DNA of 64,000 nucleotides from an uncultured archaeon. Its GTDB lineage: Archaea > Aenigmatarchaeota > Aenigmatarchaeia > QMZP01 > JACQNV01. The notes beneath the pieces are model-generated. The model was not told the DNA's origin, ran no database searches, and saw nothing but the letters and a program-made list of their open reading frames with translations. Positions 42,252 to 51,437 of the stretch are shown here, piece by piece. Each line of letters opens with the position of its first letter. Position 1 is the first letter of the stretch. The DNA lies in the NCBI GenBank assembly GCA_964410585.1, contig CAYPFW010000001.1, forward strand, positions 536,454 to 600,453. Reading direction: 5' to 3'. The position numbers were made by a program, and so were the translations under genes.

Positions 42252-42950
42252 CTATTTGTTTTCCACTTTTTGTCTGTTTTCAATTTCTTTCTTTTCAGAT
42301 TTTTCTGCAGCAGCTTTCTTTTCTTTTGCAAATTCAACATCCAACTCAGGCATCCATTTTTTGATTGCGCCTTCAATAAGCTTGTTTAGTTGGTCTGCTT
42401 TTATTTTCAAATCCAAATGTGCTTTTTTGCCTTCAACTTTAGCTGTGCCATCTATACCATATGAATTTAGAAGCTCTTTCACCTTGTTTTCATCGCTGTC
42501 TACTCTTTCCTTTATTTTGAGCCAATAGTGGAGGTCTTTGTTTGCCAAGGGATGATTGAAATCAACACGCACACGACCTCCAGAAACTGTCTGAATTTTG
42601 CAGTTTGCGCCATCAATGTTTACAAAAGCACCTGGAACAGGATTTATTTTCTGCTCAAAAAATTTGTTTATTGAAATTATTTTTACAAGCTTACCATCTC
42701 TTGGTCCGAAAGCATCTTTGTATGGGATGTCAAATTCTTTTTCCTCGCCAACTTTCATTTTTTTCAGCTCTTGTTCAACGCCTTTTATCAAAGCACCAGA
42801 ATCAACAATAGCAAGCACTGGACCATATTTGTGGTCTTTGTTGTGCATGCCTTTTTCCTTTGCTAATTTTTCATCTGTCAAGTCAAAAATCTCTCCAGTG
42901 TCTTTTACCTTTCCTACATACTCGATTTTTATAAAGTCGCCTGCGTTCAT
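42252..42950 (-). CDS. FKBP-type peptidyl-prolyl isomerase (SlyD-like)
   Basis: GDFIKIEY, GGRVRVDFNHPLA. Confidence 0.9.
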   Translation of the reverse strand: MNAGDFIKIEYVGKVKDTGEIFDLTDEKLAKEKGMHNKDHKYGPVLAIVDSGALIKGVEQELKKMKVGEEKEFDIPYKDAFGPRDGKLVKIISINKFFEQKINPVPGAFVNIDGANCKIQTVSGGRVRVDFNHPLANKDLHYWLKIKERVDSDENKVKELLNSYGIDGTAKVEGKKAHLDLKIKADQLNKLIEGAIKKWMPELDVEFAKEKKAAAEKSEKKEIENRQKVENK

Positions 42951-43000
42951 CTGATAAATAGACATCTACTATTTAAAACCTTTCAGGACAATACGTAGTT

Positions 43001-43231
43001 ATGAGAAGGGGTACTCTTGAATGGGATGAAGTGTATATAAAATATAGGCTTGATAGCACCTCTGGAAATGCATATACAGATACTCTCCGAGTACTAAAAG
43101 AAAGAGGTTATGGATTACGATCTATATCTCTGGATGGTGCAGGAAAAACAGTGTTCACACTTCAAGACGAAATAGGAAGTGGGGTTATATCTCATCTTTC
43201 ATCTATCGGTATAAATCTAGTAAGGCTCTGA
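43001..43231 (+). CDS. Small hypothetical protein
   Basis: 76-aa ORF preceded by a TTTAAAA box. Confidence 0.45.
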   Translation: MRRGTLEWDEVYIKYRLDSTSGNAYTDTLRVLKERGYGLRSISLDGAGKTVFTLQDEIGSGVISHLSSIGINLVRL

Positions 43232-43234
43232 AAT

Positions 43235-43576
43235 ATGGTACTTGGAATAGTTCTTTCTATTGTCGCGTCTGTTCTTTTTGGTATATCTGTAGCGATCCAA
43301 AAATATTCTTTGTCTGAGATGAAGGACTTTTCAATAAAACAAATGGCGAAAAAAACAAAGTGGATTTTTGCTTTGGTTATTGGGATTATTGGTGTTGTTG
43401 CTTATTTGGTTGCTTTGAACCTAGAACCAATTTCAACTGTCCAACCTTTGACATCGCTTTCTTTCATTATACCAACAATCGCAGGGATTTTATTTTTCAA
43501 AGAAAAATTGGAGGTAAAAAAATGGGCCTTTCTCATGCTGGTTTTGGCAGGGATAGTTCTGGTTTCAATATTCTGA
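43235..43576 (+). CDS. EamA/DMT small transporter domain
   Basis: Four TM helices; PISTVQP; FFKEK. Confidence 0.8.
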   Translation: MVLGIVLSIVASVLFGISVAIQKYSLSEMKDFSIKQMAKKTKWIFALVIGIIGVVAYLVALNLEPISTVQPLTSLSFIIPTIAGILFFKEKLEVKKWAFLMLVLAGIVLVSIF

Positions 43577-43905
43577 TAGCTGTTTTTGCTGGAATACTGA
43601 TTGGACTTGCAGGATTTTTGGTAAAGATAGCTTTAGGGTCAATTGTTTTGGATACTAGTTTTATTTTTTCTATCCTTCAACAACCTCTGGCTTATTTGGC
43701 TGGCCTATTTGGCCTAGCAGGATTTTTGCTTTTCCAAAAAGCACTTCACAGAGGCAAAGTTTCTTTAATTACACCAATTGTCACAGGCATGGGAATAGCT
43801 GTGCCTGTTGTTTTGGCTTTTTTGTTTTTGTCAGAAATTGTTTCAACGCTGAAAATTGCAGGGATTGTTTTGATTTTGGTTGGGGTGTTTGGGTTGAGGG
43901 ATTAG
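43522..43905 (+). CDS. Second EamA/DMT domain; start uncertain
   Basis: GKVSLITP, FLSE...KIAG; different frame from the first domain. Confidence 0.65.
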   Translation: MGLSHAGFGRDSSGFNILIAVFAGILIGLAGFLVKIALGSIVLDTSFIFSILQQPLAYLAGLFGLAGFLLFQKALHRGKVSLITPIVTGMGIAVPVVLAFLFLSEIVSTLKIAGIVLILVGVFGLRD

Positions 43906-44333
43906 TTTTTGTAAACCACAAAATAAGGTAGTTTGTCCATACCATTGTAATGGAACATTTTGTAATTTGCTCTTCTTGCAGTTGGTGAAAGCTGGTATTT
44001 TCGTAAATTTATTCTTGGGACAAACGGGTAAAATCTGATTTCCTGCTTTTCTATACCTTTTTCAGCCCATTTGAAATTAATAAACAAAGGTGGAATAAGA
44101 AATCCAGATTTCAAAACTTTGTCCATTATTTCCCAACCTGCTCCTAGAAAATGACCTGTAGGTCTTGTAGAGTTTGTTTTTATCTGTGCCCTGAAAGAGC
44201 AGCCTGTACATTGGACATCGTACAAAGGATAGTTTGAAGGTAATTGCATCAAAGGCTTTTTACAGTTCGGACATGGAACAAGCTGGACAACTTCTTTTTC
44301 TCCAAGCTTTCCTGTATCGTGGTTTTTACTCAT
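43902..44333 (-). CDS. DpnI/Dam-replacing-family-like zinc-ribbon nuclease domain
   Basis: GE...CPNC..N.P..DVQCTGC...QIK. Confidence 0.65.
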   Translation of the reverse strand: MSKNHDTGKLGEKEVVQLVPCPNCKKPLMQLPSNYPLYDVQCTGCSFRAQIKTNSTRPTGHFLGAGWEIMDKVLKSGFLIPPLFINFKWAEKGIEKQEIRFYPFVPRINLRKYQLSPTARRANYKMFHYNGMDKLPYFVVYKN

Positions 44334-44337
44334 AGAA

Positions 44338-46992
44338 CTAAACAACCTCAATCCCAGGTTTTCCAGGCTCGGCTTTTTTGGCTCTTGGTGAAGAAGATTT
44401 ATCTGAAGGCAAAATTTCAACTTTACATCCGAATTCTTTTTCTAGAATCTTTTTGTTTGCTTCCAAAATTCCCAATTCCTCTTTCTGGCTCAAAATAACT
44501 TCTGGGATCTTTGAAGCATCTTTAACCAAGGAGCCGACGAGCCCAGGAACATCCTTCCCATGTTTTCTCATTTCTTCATCTTTCATTATTTCCTTTAAAA
44601 CTTCGCCTGTGTTGCGCGTTTTTTCAATTTGTTTTTTGGCGTGTTTGAACAAAGAATATTTCCACTCATCTGAAACAAACACACTTATTTGTTTTGGTTT
44701 TTCTATTTTCACTAGAGCGAGAATTTCTTTCACGTCGCCCAAAACCTTTTCAACAAAATCTTCTGCATACTCTGCTTTTTCATCTATTTTCTTTGCGTCG
44801 AACTTTGGCCATTTTTCAATAGATGCTAAAGTTTTGGTTCCTATTTTTGACCAAATCTCTTCTGATGTATGCGGAACAAAAGGATTTAGAAGCAAAGCAA
44901 GTTTTTGCAAAGATTCTTTGTAGATTTTCTCGCTTATGTTTTCCTTGTTTTTGTTTAGGAAATTTACAAAGCCCATGATTTTGTTCAAAGCAACATTGAA
45001 TTGGTAGGACTCTATGCATTCTGTGACTGACTGTATTGTCCTATTCAACTTGCTTTCAGTTAGCTTGTCTTTAAGGTTGGATTTTGATCCTTGTTCAAGC
45101 AGATTGAAAATCTTGTTCAAAAACCTGAAAGACCCTTCCACACCTTTGTCTGACCACTCTAATTCTTTTTCAGGATCAGATGCAAAAAGAATGAAAAATC
45201 TTCCTGTATCTGCACCATATTTTTCTGTAATTTCATCTGGTGAAACAACATTACCTTTTGACTTTGACATTTTTGCGCCGTCTTTTGTGATCATTCCCTG
45301 GGAAAGCAGGCGAAGGAAAGGCTCATCAAAATCCAAAAGTTTCATATCCCTCAAAACTTTTATGAAAAACCTTGCGTACAGCAAATGAAGGATAGCATGC
45401 TCTATGCCACCTATATATTGATCAACAGGCATCCAGTATTTGACAACATTTTTATCAAAAACTTCATTTGAATTTGGAGAACAATATCTAAGGAAATACC
45501 ATGAAGAATCAACAAATGTGTCCATCGTGTCTGTTTCCCTTCTTGCCTTCCCTTTGCATTTTGGGCATGAAGTTTGTACAAAACTTTTTGATGTTGCAAC
45601 TGGATTTCCTTCTCCTGTAAACTTCACATCTTCTGGAAGCAAAACAGGCAGATCTTTTTCCGGTATAGGTTGAGTCCCACATTTATCGCAATACAAAATC
45701 GGTATAGGTGTGCCCCAATATCTTTGTCTGGAGATGAGCCAATCTCTCAATCTGTATGTTATGTGTTTTTTTCCAAAACCTTTTTTGACCATCCAAGTGC
45801 ACATTTGATCGATTACTTCTCCAACATCTTTTCCATTAAACTCGCCTGAATTTTTCAATTTTCCTTTGTTATCATGTGCATTTACAGGAAGTTTTGGATC
45901 AACTCTGTCTACAACTTCTCTTAGAGATATCTTGTATTTTTGTGCAAATTCAAAGTCCCTTGGATCATGAGCAGAACATCTGATTATACCGGTACCAAAA
46001 TCAAGCAAAGCAAAGTTCGCAAGCCACACAGGCATATCTTCACCTGTGAAAGGATCGACAACATACCTACCTGTAAACACACCTTTCTTTTCAAACCTCT
46101 CTGCGTTCCTTTCTTCTGTTGTTATTTTTTTTGTCTCTTCTATAAAGTCTTTGACAGATTTTTCGAATTTAGTTCCTTTAACAAGCTTTTCTACCATTGG
46201 ATGTTCTGGTGCTATAACCAAGAAAGTATCAGCAAAGGACCAAGCAGGGTAAGCAGTGAAAGATGTTAGGGTTAAATTAATGTCTTTAACTTTGTGATCA
46301 ATCAACATACCTTGTTTCTTCCCAATCCAATTTGTCTGCATGACCCTAACTCTTTCAGGCCAATGGCTTAGTTTAGAAATATCTTTCAATAACTCATCTG
46401 CATATTCAGTTATCTTGAAGAACCATTGCTCAAGGTTTCTTGTTTCAACCCTAGAACTGCATCGCCAACACTTTTCTTCTTCGACCTGTTCATTTGCCAA
46501 AACAGTGTTACAGGAAGGACACCAATTGACAGGAGCTGCTTTTTTGTAAGCCAGACCTTTCTCAAACATTTTCAAAAATATCAATTGGTTCCATTTGTAA
46601 TAATCAGGTAAACATGTAGACACAGATTTGGTCCAATCATAGCTCAACCCAAGTGACTTCTGCTGGTTTCTAATGAACTCTATATTGTCTAAAGTCCATT
46701 TTTTTGGGTTTGTTTTATTTTTTATTGCAGCATTTTCAGCTGGCAAACCAAAAGCATCATAACCCATCGGATACAAAACATTGAAACCACTCATCCTTTT
46801 GTATCTAGCGATGCAATCACCAATAGAATAGTTCCTCATGTGACCCATATGGAGCTTTCCAGAAGGATAAGGAAGCATTTCCAAGCAATAGAATTTTTTC
46901 TTTTTTGGATCTGGCTTTACTTCGAAAATTTTTTCTTTTGCCCATTTACTCTGCCACTTCTTCTCTATTTGTTTGAAATCAAATTCTGTCAT
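44338..46992 (-). CDS. leuS: Leucyl-tRNA synthetase, bacterial-type core
   Basis: MLPYPSGKLHMGH, DWLISRQRYWG, KMSKS. Confidence 0.95.
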   Translation of the reverse strand: MTEFDFKQIEKKWQSKWAKEKIFEVKPDPKKKKFYCLEMLPYPSGKLHMGHMRNYSIGDCIARYKRMSGFNVLYPMGYDAFGLPAENAAIKNKTNPKKWTLDNIEFIRNQQKSLGLSYDWTKSVSTCLPDYYKWNQLIFLKMFEKGLAYKKAAPVNWCPSCNTVLANEQVEEEKCWRCSSRVETRNLEQWFFKITEYADELLKDISKLSHWPERVRVMQTNWIGKKQGMLIDHKVKDINLTLTSFTAYPAWSFADTFLVIAPEHPMVEKLVKGTKFEKSVKDFIEETKKITTEERNAERFEKKGVFTGRYVVDPFTGEDMPVWLANFALLDFGTGIIRCSAHDPRDFEFAQKYKISLREVVDRVDPKLPVNAHDNKGKLKNSGEFNGKDVGEVIDQMCTWMVKKGFGKKHITYRLRDWLISRQRYWGTPIPILYCDKCGTQPIPEKDLPVLLPEDVKFTGEGNPVATSKSFVQTSCPKCKGKARRETDTMDTFVDSSWYFLRYCSPNSNEVFDKNVVKYWMPVDQYIGGIEHAILHLLYARFFIKVLRDMKLLDFDEPFLRLLSQGMITKDGAKMSKSKGNVVSPDEITEKYGADTGRFFILFASDPEKELEWSDKGVEGSFRFLNKIFNLLEQGSKSNLKDKLTESKLNRTIQSVTECIESYQFNVALNKIMGFVNFLNKNKENISEKIYKESLQKLALLLNPFVPHTSEEIWSKIGTKTLASIEKWPKFDAKKIDEKAEYAEDFVEKVLGDVKEILALVKIEKPKQISVFVSDEWKYSLFKHAKKQIEKTRNTGEVLKEIMKDEEMRKHGKDVPGLVGSLVKDASKIPEVILSQKEELGILEANKKILEKEFGCKVEILPSDKSSSPRAKKAEPGKPGIEVV

Positions 46993-46995
46993 AAA

Positions 46996-47202
46996 CTATC
47001 TTGGTTTTCTATGATAAATAACTGCATGACCATCCTCGCTTCTAATTTCAGGATTTAATCCAGCTGTTGAATACTCAGTATCTTTAATATCGTAAACAAT
47101 TCTAACCTTTCTTAGAAAATTAGTATCAATACCATTCGGAAAAATAACTGTTATAACGCTTCTATCTAGCGATGGTATCACATAAGGCTTCGTAAAGTCC
47201 AT
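46996..47202 (-). CDS. Small hypothetical protein
   Basis: 68-aa ORF abutting the leuS start. Confidence 0.4.
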   Translation of the reverse strand: MDFTKPYVIPSLDRSVITVIFPNGIDTNFLRKVRIVYDIKDTEYSTAGLNPEIRSEDGHAVIYHRKPR

Positions 47203-47248
47203 AATAGGCAGTTTTTATAATTATAACTATATAAATAGTAGATTAATC

Positions 47249-47409
47249 GGGCCCGTAGCTCAGCTTGGATAGAGCGTCGGCTGAATAAATTTTTATTCAG
47301 GCGCAAGACTTCTAAGCTCTTAGAAGTGATGAGGGTTTACCCTGTGAAGACATCCGAATGTGACTTCAAATCACCGGGACGGTCGTGGGTTCAAATCCCT
47401 CCGGGCTCA
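47249..47409 (+). tRNA. tRNA-Arg(UCU) with three introns (47280-47306 at 29/30; 47315-47351 at 37/38; 47359-47380 at 44/45)
   Basis: Joined exons form a 75-nt cloverleaf; junction helices GCGU/GCGC, CUUC/GAAG and UCCG/CGGG each carry 3-nt bulges. Confidence 0.88.
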
Positions 47410-48196
47410 TTTCTTTTAATAAAAACTTTCTTTCTTCCAAAGTCGAATATGGCTTACAATAACCATATTTTTTCCATACAAAATATTTTGTTAAATGCTT
47501 AGGATTACTAAATCCAATCATGTTCATCCATTTTTCTAAGTTAGGCTTTCCAGAAATATAGATTCTGTGACCAATTGATGTGAAGCCTCTTTTATCATTA
47601 TCTATTATATCATATTCGGTGCACATTGTAAACCCTAAAACAGATAATGCTTCACTCAGATCTTCTATTATTTGTTTACTTTTTTGTTTTATCGAAATCG
47701 TAGGATAGCAATTCATTTCTCTACTACCTTTTTTAAAAGAAATTGAAGAATCTGTATCTGCTAAACCTCTGATAAATGCCGTTTTAATTTCAGTTTCAGA
47801 TTCTTGTATACATTTTGGAATTGTAGTTCTGGAAACTTTATTCCCTATTGGTAAGCCAACACTATAGTAGAAAAAATACGCAATGCACATGGAATCAATT
47901 GTTGCATATAGAGTGTTTTCTTGGTTTGAAAATCTTAACTTCAACTCCACATTAAATAATTTTTTGAATAAATTATTGAGATAATCTCTATAGTAGTCTA
48001 AATCCTCAGTTTTGTGACCACAAATAACAATTGGATGTTTATTCCGACCATCACATTTCTTATATATTCCTACATGTCCATCTCCGGTTATTATTCCAAT
48101 AAGTTCTGCTAATTCTTTACTCATTTCTTTTGATAATCTTATGTCTCTTTTTATGTCACATATACTGAATTTAACTTTTGTTAAATCAAACTCCAT
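47366..48196 (-). CDS. Stand-alone double-motif LAGLIDADG endonuclease-like protein; 3' end overlaps the tRNA antisense
   Basis: LAELIGIITGDG and FIRGLADTDSS; AGGAGGGG RBS before MEFDL. Confidence 0.85.
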   Translation of the reverse strand: MEFDLTKVKFSICDIKRDIRLSKEMSKELAELIGIITGDGHVGIYKKCDGRNKHPIVICGHKTEDLDYYRDYLNNLFKKLFNVELKLRFSNQENTLYATIDSMCIAYFFYYSVGLPIGNKVSRTTIPKCIQESETEIKTAFIRGLADTDSSISFKKGSREMNCYPTISIKQKSKQIIEDLSEALSVLGFTMCTEYDIIDNDKRGFTSIGHRIYISGKPNLEKWMNMIGFSNPKHLTKYFVWKKYGYCKPYSTLEERKFLLKEMSPEGFEPTTVPVI

Positions 48197-48658
48197 AATA
48201 TTCCCCTCCTTTCTCTGATTATAAACCAAACCCAAGGGTAGCTTTCCAATTTTCCAGAAAGCCAAAAATCGCCCTCAGTATATTGATTTTCAACTTTCCA
48301 ATATTTGCCAATAACTATTCCAAAAATTCCCTGTATATCCAAATTTCCCTATCTGTTAGATCATCATATTGGTCAGAATCTAAGAGTTTTTGAACTCTTT
48401 TAATTTCTGAAAAACTTGGCTTTTGAATTTCCATAAAATCCTCCTTCAGCTGACGCCATTTTGACTTCAGCCTTCGACTTATTTTCTTACCATTTTATGT
48501 GGGTGAGGGTCGAGGAAGTTGTTAACTCCTGAGACCCTTACCTAGAAAGAAGTGGTGGTTGAGCTAACCAAAAGAAAAAAAGCGAAACCCAAAACCATTA
48601 AGAACGAGCCGAATAATGTGAGGCGAGTCTTAAGGTTTTGAACTCTCAACGGAGTTTA
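48190..48658. repeat. Conserved structured leader, copy A (homolog at 59422-59833)
   Basis: Colinear homology including a 52-nt identical block (48387-48438 = 59557-59608) and covarying hairpins. Confidence 0.9.
48315..48434 (-). CDS. 39-aa micro-protein MEIQKPSFSEIKRVQKLLDSDQYDDLTDREIWIYREFLE
   Basis: GGAGG RBS; conserved in frame in copy B. Confidence 0.7.
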   Translation of the reverse strand: MEIQKPSFSEIKRVQKLLDSDQYDDLTDREIWIYREFLE

Positions 48659-48698
48659 CTAGAAGTAATTTTTGGCTCATTTTTTTCTTTTTCTTAAT

Positions 48699-50051
48699 TT
48701 ATTTCACAAAAGTAGGTTTCTCCAATTGTATAAAATCAGACGGTTCAAGGCCCATGTTAGTATCTGGAATATCTAATTTTTCCCGAGTTACAAGCAAAGT
48801 ATAGTTAGGAAGATCTGCAGGAAGCTTTCTCAATTCTTCTTCAGGTTTCCTTCCTGCAAACAAGAATCGCGGTCCCTGGTTTCTTATATGAAACATTGGA
48901 TTTCCAGACAAATACAAATATACATTTCTCCCAGCCTTTTGCAATCTATGCTTGAAGTGAACCATTCTTTTTCTTGTATCATTCCAACCAGGAACTGGTT
49001 CTTCTCTTCTGTGAAAAAAAGTTGGATACAAAATTAATTGGTTTCCTCTCTCTGCTGTTACTTCAGCCAATCTTTCATCCAAGTCATATGGTCTGTAAGC
49101 TACTACAGTATCACCTTCTCTAACATTGTCCCAATCTTCAAAGGGCTTTGCTACCCAATCTATATCCATGATTCTATTTTTTCTGGCAAAATCCCTTCCA
49201 AGATCTATAAGAACTTCTTTTTTATCTATTGCTACAACAGGATATTTTCCAAGTTGTGAAACAGCAAGTGCAAGAACACCAACACCACTTCCTGCATCTA
49301 TTACTCTCTCTCTGCCTTTGCATATTTTAGAAGTTAGATAAGCTAAATCAATTATCTCTAGTAGAGCAGATTCTCCATGTGTCCCACCAAAACCACCAGA
49401 AGCAACATCATTTTGCATTTCATGTAGCCTTGCAAGCTTTCTAAACAACGGAGCAGGGAGCAATTTTTCCAGAACAGAAATTATATAGAATGGTCTATAT
49501 CCTTCTCTTTCCCATTCTGCTCTGAATTGTGGATCTATAGCAGACAATACTCTAGAACCGTTTATATCACTAATTAAACCGTGTTGCTGGGTTCTTTCTA
49601 TAACTTCTGATTCATCTGGAAGTTGGAATTTAACTGGTTTTAGAATTTCATCTACATCCAAACCATGTTCACATATTATTCCTTCTCTTATCGCTCTCCA
49701 ATAAACTGTTTGTTTAGCATCAACTGCTTTTTGATATAGCCTTTTGAGTTTGGTTCTGCATTGCCCCAAACCACCTACGTGTAAGAGATCTCTGGGTTTT
49801 GTAATTGGATCAACTATGTATCTGTCTCCTGGATTTGGATACTCCAACTCTATAAAAAAGTGCATTTCTCTGTCTGTTTCAAAAGCAAGATCCAAGCTTT
49901 CTGTTTTGGGATTTGTTGCGCTCATTATTCTTGGATTGTGCTCTGAAGCTTCTTCTAAAAACCTTGGATACTCTCTACAAACATACTGTAAACAGCCTTT
50001 ATACTTGTAGGTTCTCCAATTATCTCTGCTAACCAAACTTCCCACTGACAT
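48699..50051 (-). CDS. Hypothetical protein with class I SAM-methyltransferase domain
   Basis: VIDAGSGVG, VVAID. Confidence 0.65.
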   Translation of the reverse strand: MSVGSLVSRDNWRTYKYKGCLQYVCREYPRFLEEASEHNPRIMSATNPKTESLDLAFETDREMHFFIELEYPNPGDRYIVDPITKPRDLLHVGGLGQCRTKLKRLYQKAVDAKQTVYWRAIREGIICEHGLDVDEILKPVKFQLPDESEVIERTQQHGLISDINGSRVLSAIDPQFRAEWEREGYRPFYIISVLEKLLPAPLFRKLARLHEMQNDVASGGFGGTHGESALLEIIDLAYLTSKICKGRERVIDAGSGVGVLALAVSQLGKYPVVAIDKKEVLIDLGRDFARKNRIMDIDWVAKPFEDWDNVREGDTVVAYRPYDLDERLAEVTAERGNQLILYPTFFHRREEPVPGWNDTRKRMVHFKHRLQKAGRNVYLYLSGNPMFHIRNQGPRFLFAGRKPEEELRKLPADLPNYTLLVTREKLDIPDTNMGLEPSDFIQLEKPTFVK

Positions 50052-50141
50052 AATCAAAATAATTTGTAAGTTTTAAATTTGGATAAATTTGTATAACAGT
50101 GTTATATTTGCCTATTAAACCACTTTCCAAACCTACATTGT

Positions 50142-51236
50142 ATGCCAAAAATAATTTTACACATCGACCTAGATTCATTCTATGCGTCTTTGGAAGAAAA
50201 GAGGAATCCAGCTCTAAAAGGAAAACCAATAGCAGTGTGCGTATTTTCAGGAAGGACAAAAGATTCAGGAGCAGTTGCAACTGCTAACTATCCAGCACGC
50301 CAATTTGGCATCCACGCAGGCATGCCAATTTCTCAAGCAAAACAACTAGGCGGCGATAAGGTTTTCTACATACCAACAGACATGGAATTCTACAAAGAAA
50401 CATCAGAAAGGATAATGGAAATCCTGAGAAACTACGCGACAAAATTTGAGCAAAGAAGCGTAGATGAGGCTTATCTCGATCTTCAAGGAAAAGCAGAAGA
50501 CTTCGAAGACGCGAAAAAAATTGCAGAAAACATAAAAATAGAAATCCTAGCAGAAGAAGGTCTCACATGTTCAATAGGTCTCGGCCCAAACAAGCTGGTT
50601 GCAAAAATGGCCTCTAAAGTGAAAAAACCAGACGGCTTGACAATAATAAAACCAGAAGAAGTCAAAGGTTTTTTGGAAAACCAACCTGTCAAAAAACTTT
50701 TTGGAATTGGACCAAAAACTTTGGAAATTTTGGAAAAATACAACATTAACACAATTGGTGACCTCGCCAAGTTTGATGTAAATATTCTCATTAAAGAATT
50801 TGGAGAAAACAAAGGAAAGGAACTTCGGGAAAAGGCGAATGGAATAGACGAGTCTTCAGTAGAGGAAGTTGAAAGGCAGCAAATTTCCAAACTAGGGACA
50901 CTAAAAGAAAATACAAGAGATTTGGACAAAATATCTGAGAAAATAGACGAGCTTTCAGAAGACCTGAAAAAGAAAATTGAAAAGGAAGGTATTAAATTCA
51001 AAACAATTGGTGTAATAGCAATTGCAACAAATCTACAAACATACACAAGGAGCAAAACGCTTGCAGCATTTTCAGCAGACATCGAAGCTGTCAAAAAGGA
51101 GTCAAAAGAACTAATGAAAGAATTTTTAGAAACTCAAAAAGATGTCCTAAGGCGCTGCGGTATACGTGTTTCAAACTTCGAACACAAAGAAGGACAGAAA
51201 CAAAAAAGTTTGTTTGAATTTTCAAAAAATATTTAA
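50142..51236 (+). CDS. dinB: DNA polymerase IV (Y family)
   Basis: HIDLDSFYAS, SVDEAY, NKLVAKMAS..KPDG. Confidence 0.95.
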   Translation: MPKIILHIDLDSFYASLEEKRNPALKGKPIAVCVFSGRTKDSGAVATANYPARQFGIHAGMPISQAKQLGGDKVFYIPTDMEFYKETSERIMEILRNYATKFEQRSVDEAYLDLQGKAEDFEDAKKIAENIKIEILAEEGLTCSIGLGPNKLVAKMASKVKKPDGLTIIKPEEVKGFLENQPVKKLFGIGPKTLEILEKYNINTIGDLAKFDVNILIKEFGENKGKELREKANGIDESSVEEVERQQISKLGTLKENTRDLDKISEKIDELSEDLKKKIEKEGIKFKTIGVIAIATNLQTYTRSKTLAAFSADIEAVKKESKELMKEFLETQKDVLRRCGIRVSNFEHKEGQKQKSLFEFSKNI

Positions 51237-51437
51237 ATCCAAAAATCTATTTTGTCTATGAGCGGAGAATATACAAGCAATAAAAGACCTGATTTTCCAA
51301 GGTCTTCTCAGAAGGGACTACAAATAAGAGTTGTACCAACTGATGCTGATCAAGGAATAATGTATTTCTTAGAAAGCCCTCAACAAAGGCCGCCTAGAAC
51401 AGATCCTATTCAAACGGGAACATCTTATTTTAGATAA

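Noticed and set aside
47326-47345. C/D-box guide RNA in tRNA intron 2 (GTGATGA)
   Set aside because: No CTGA D box and the intron is too short
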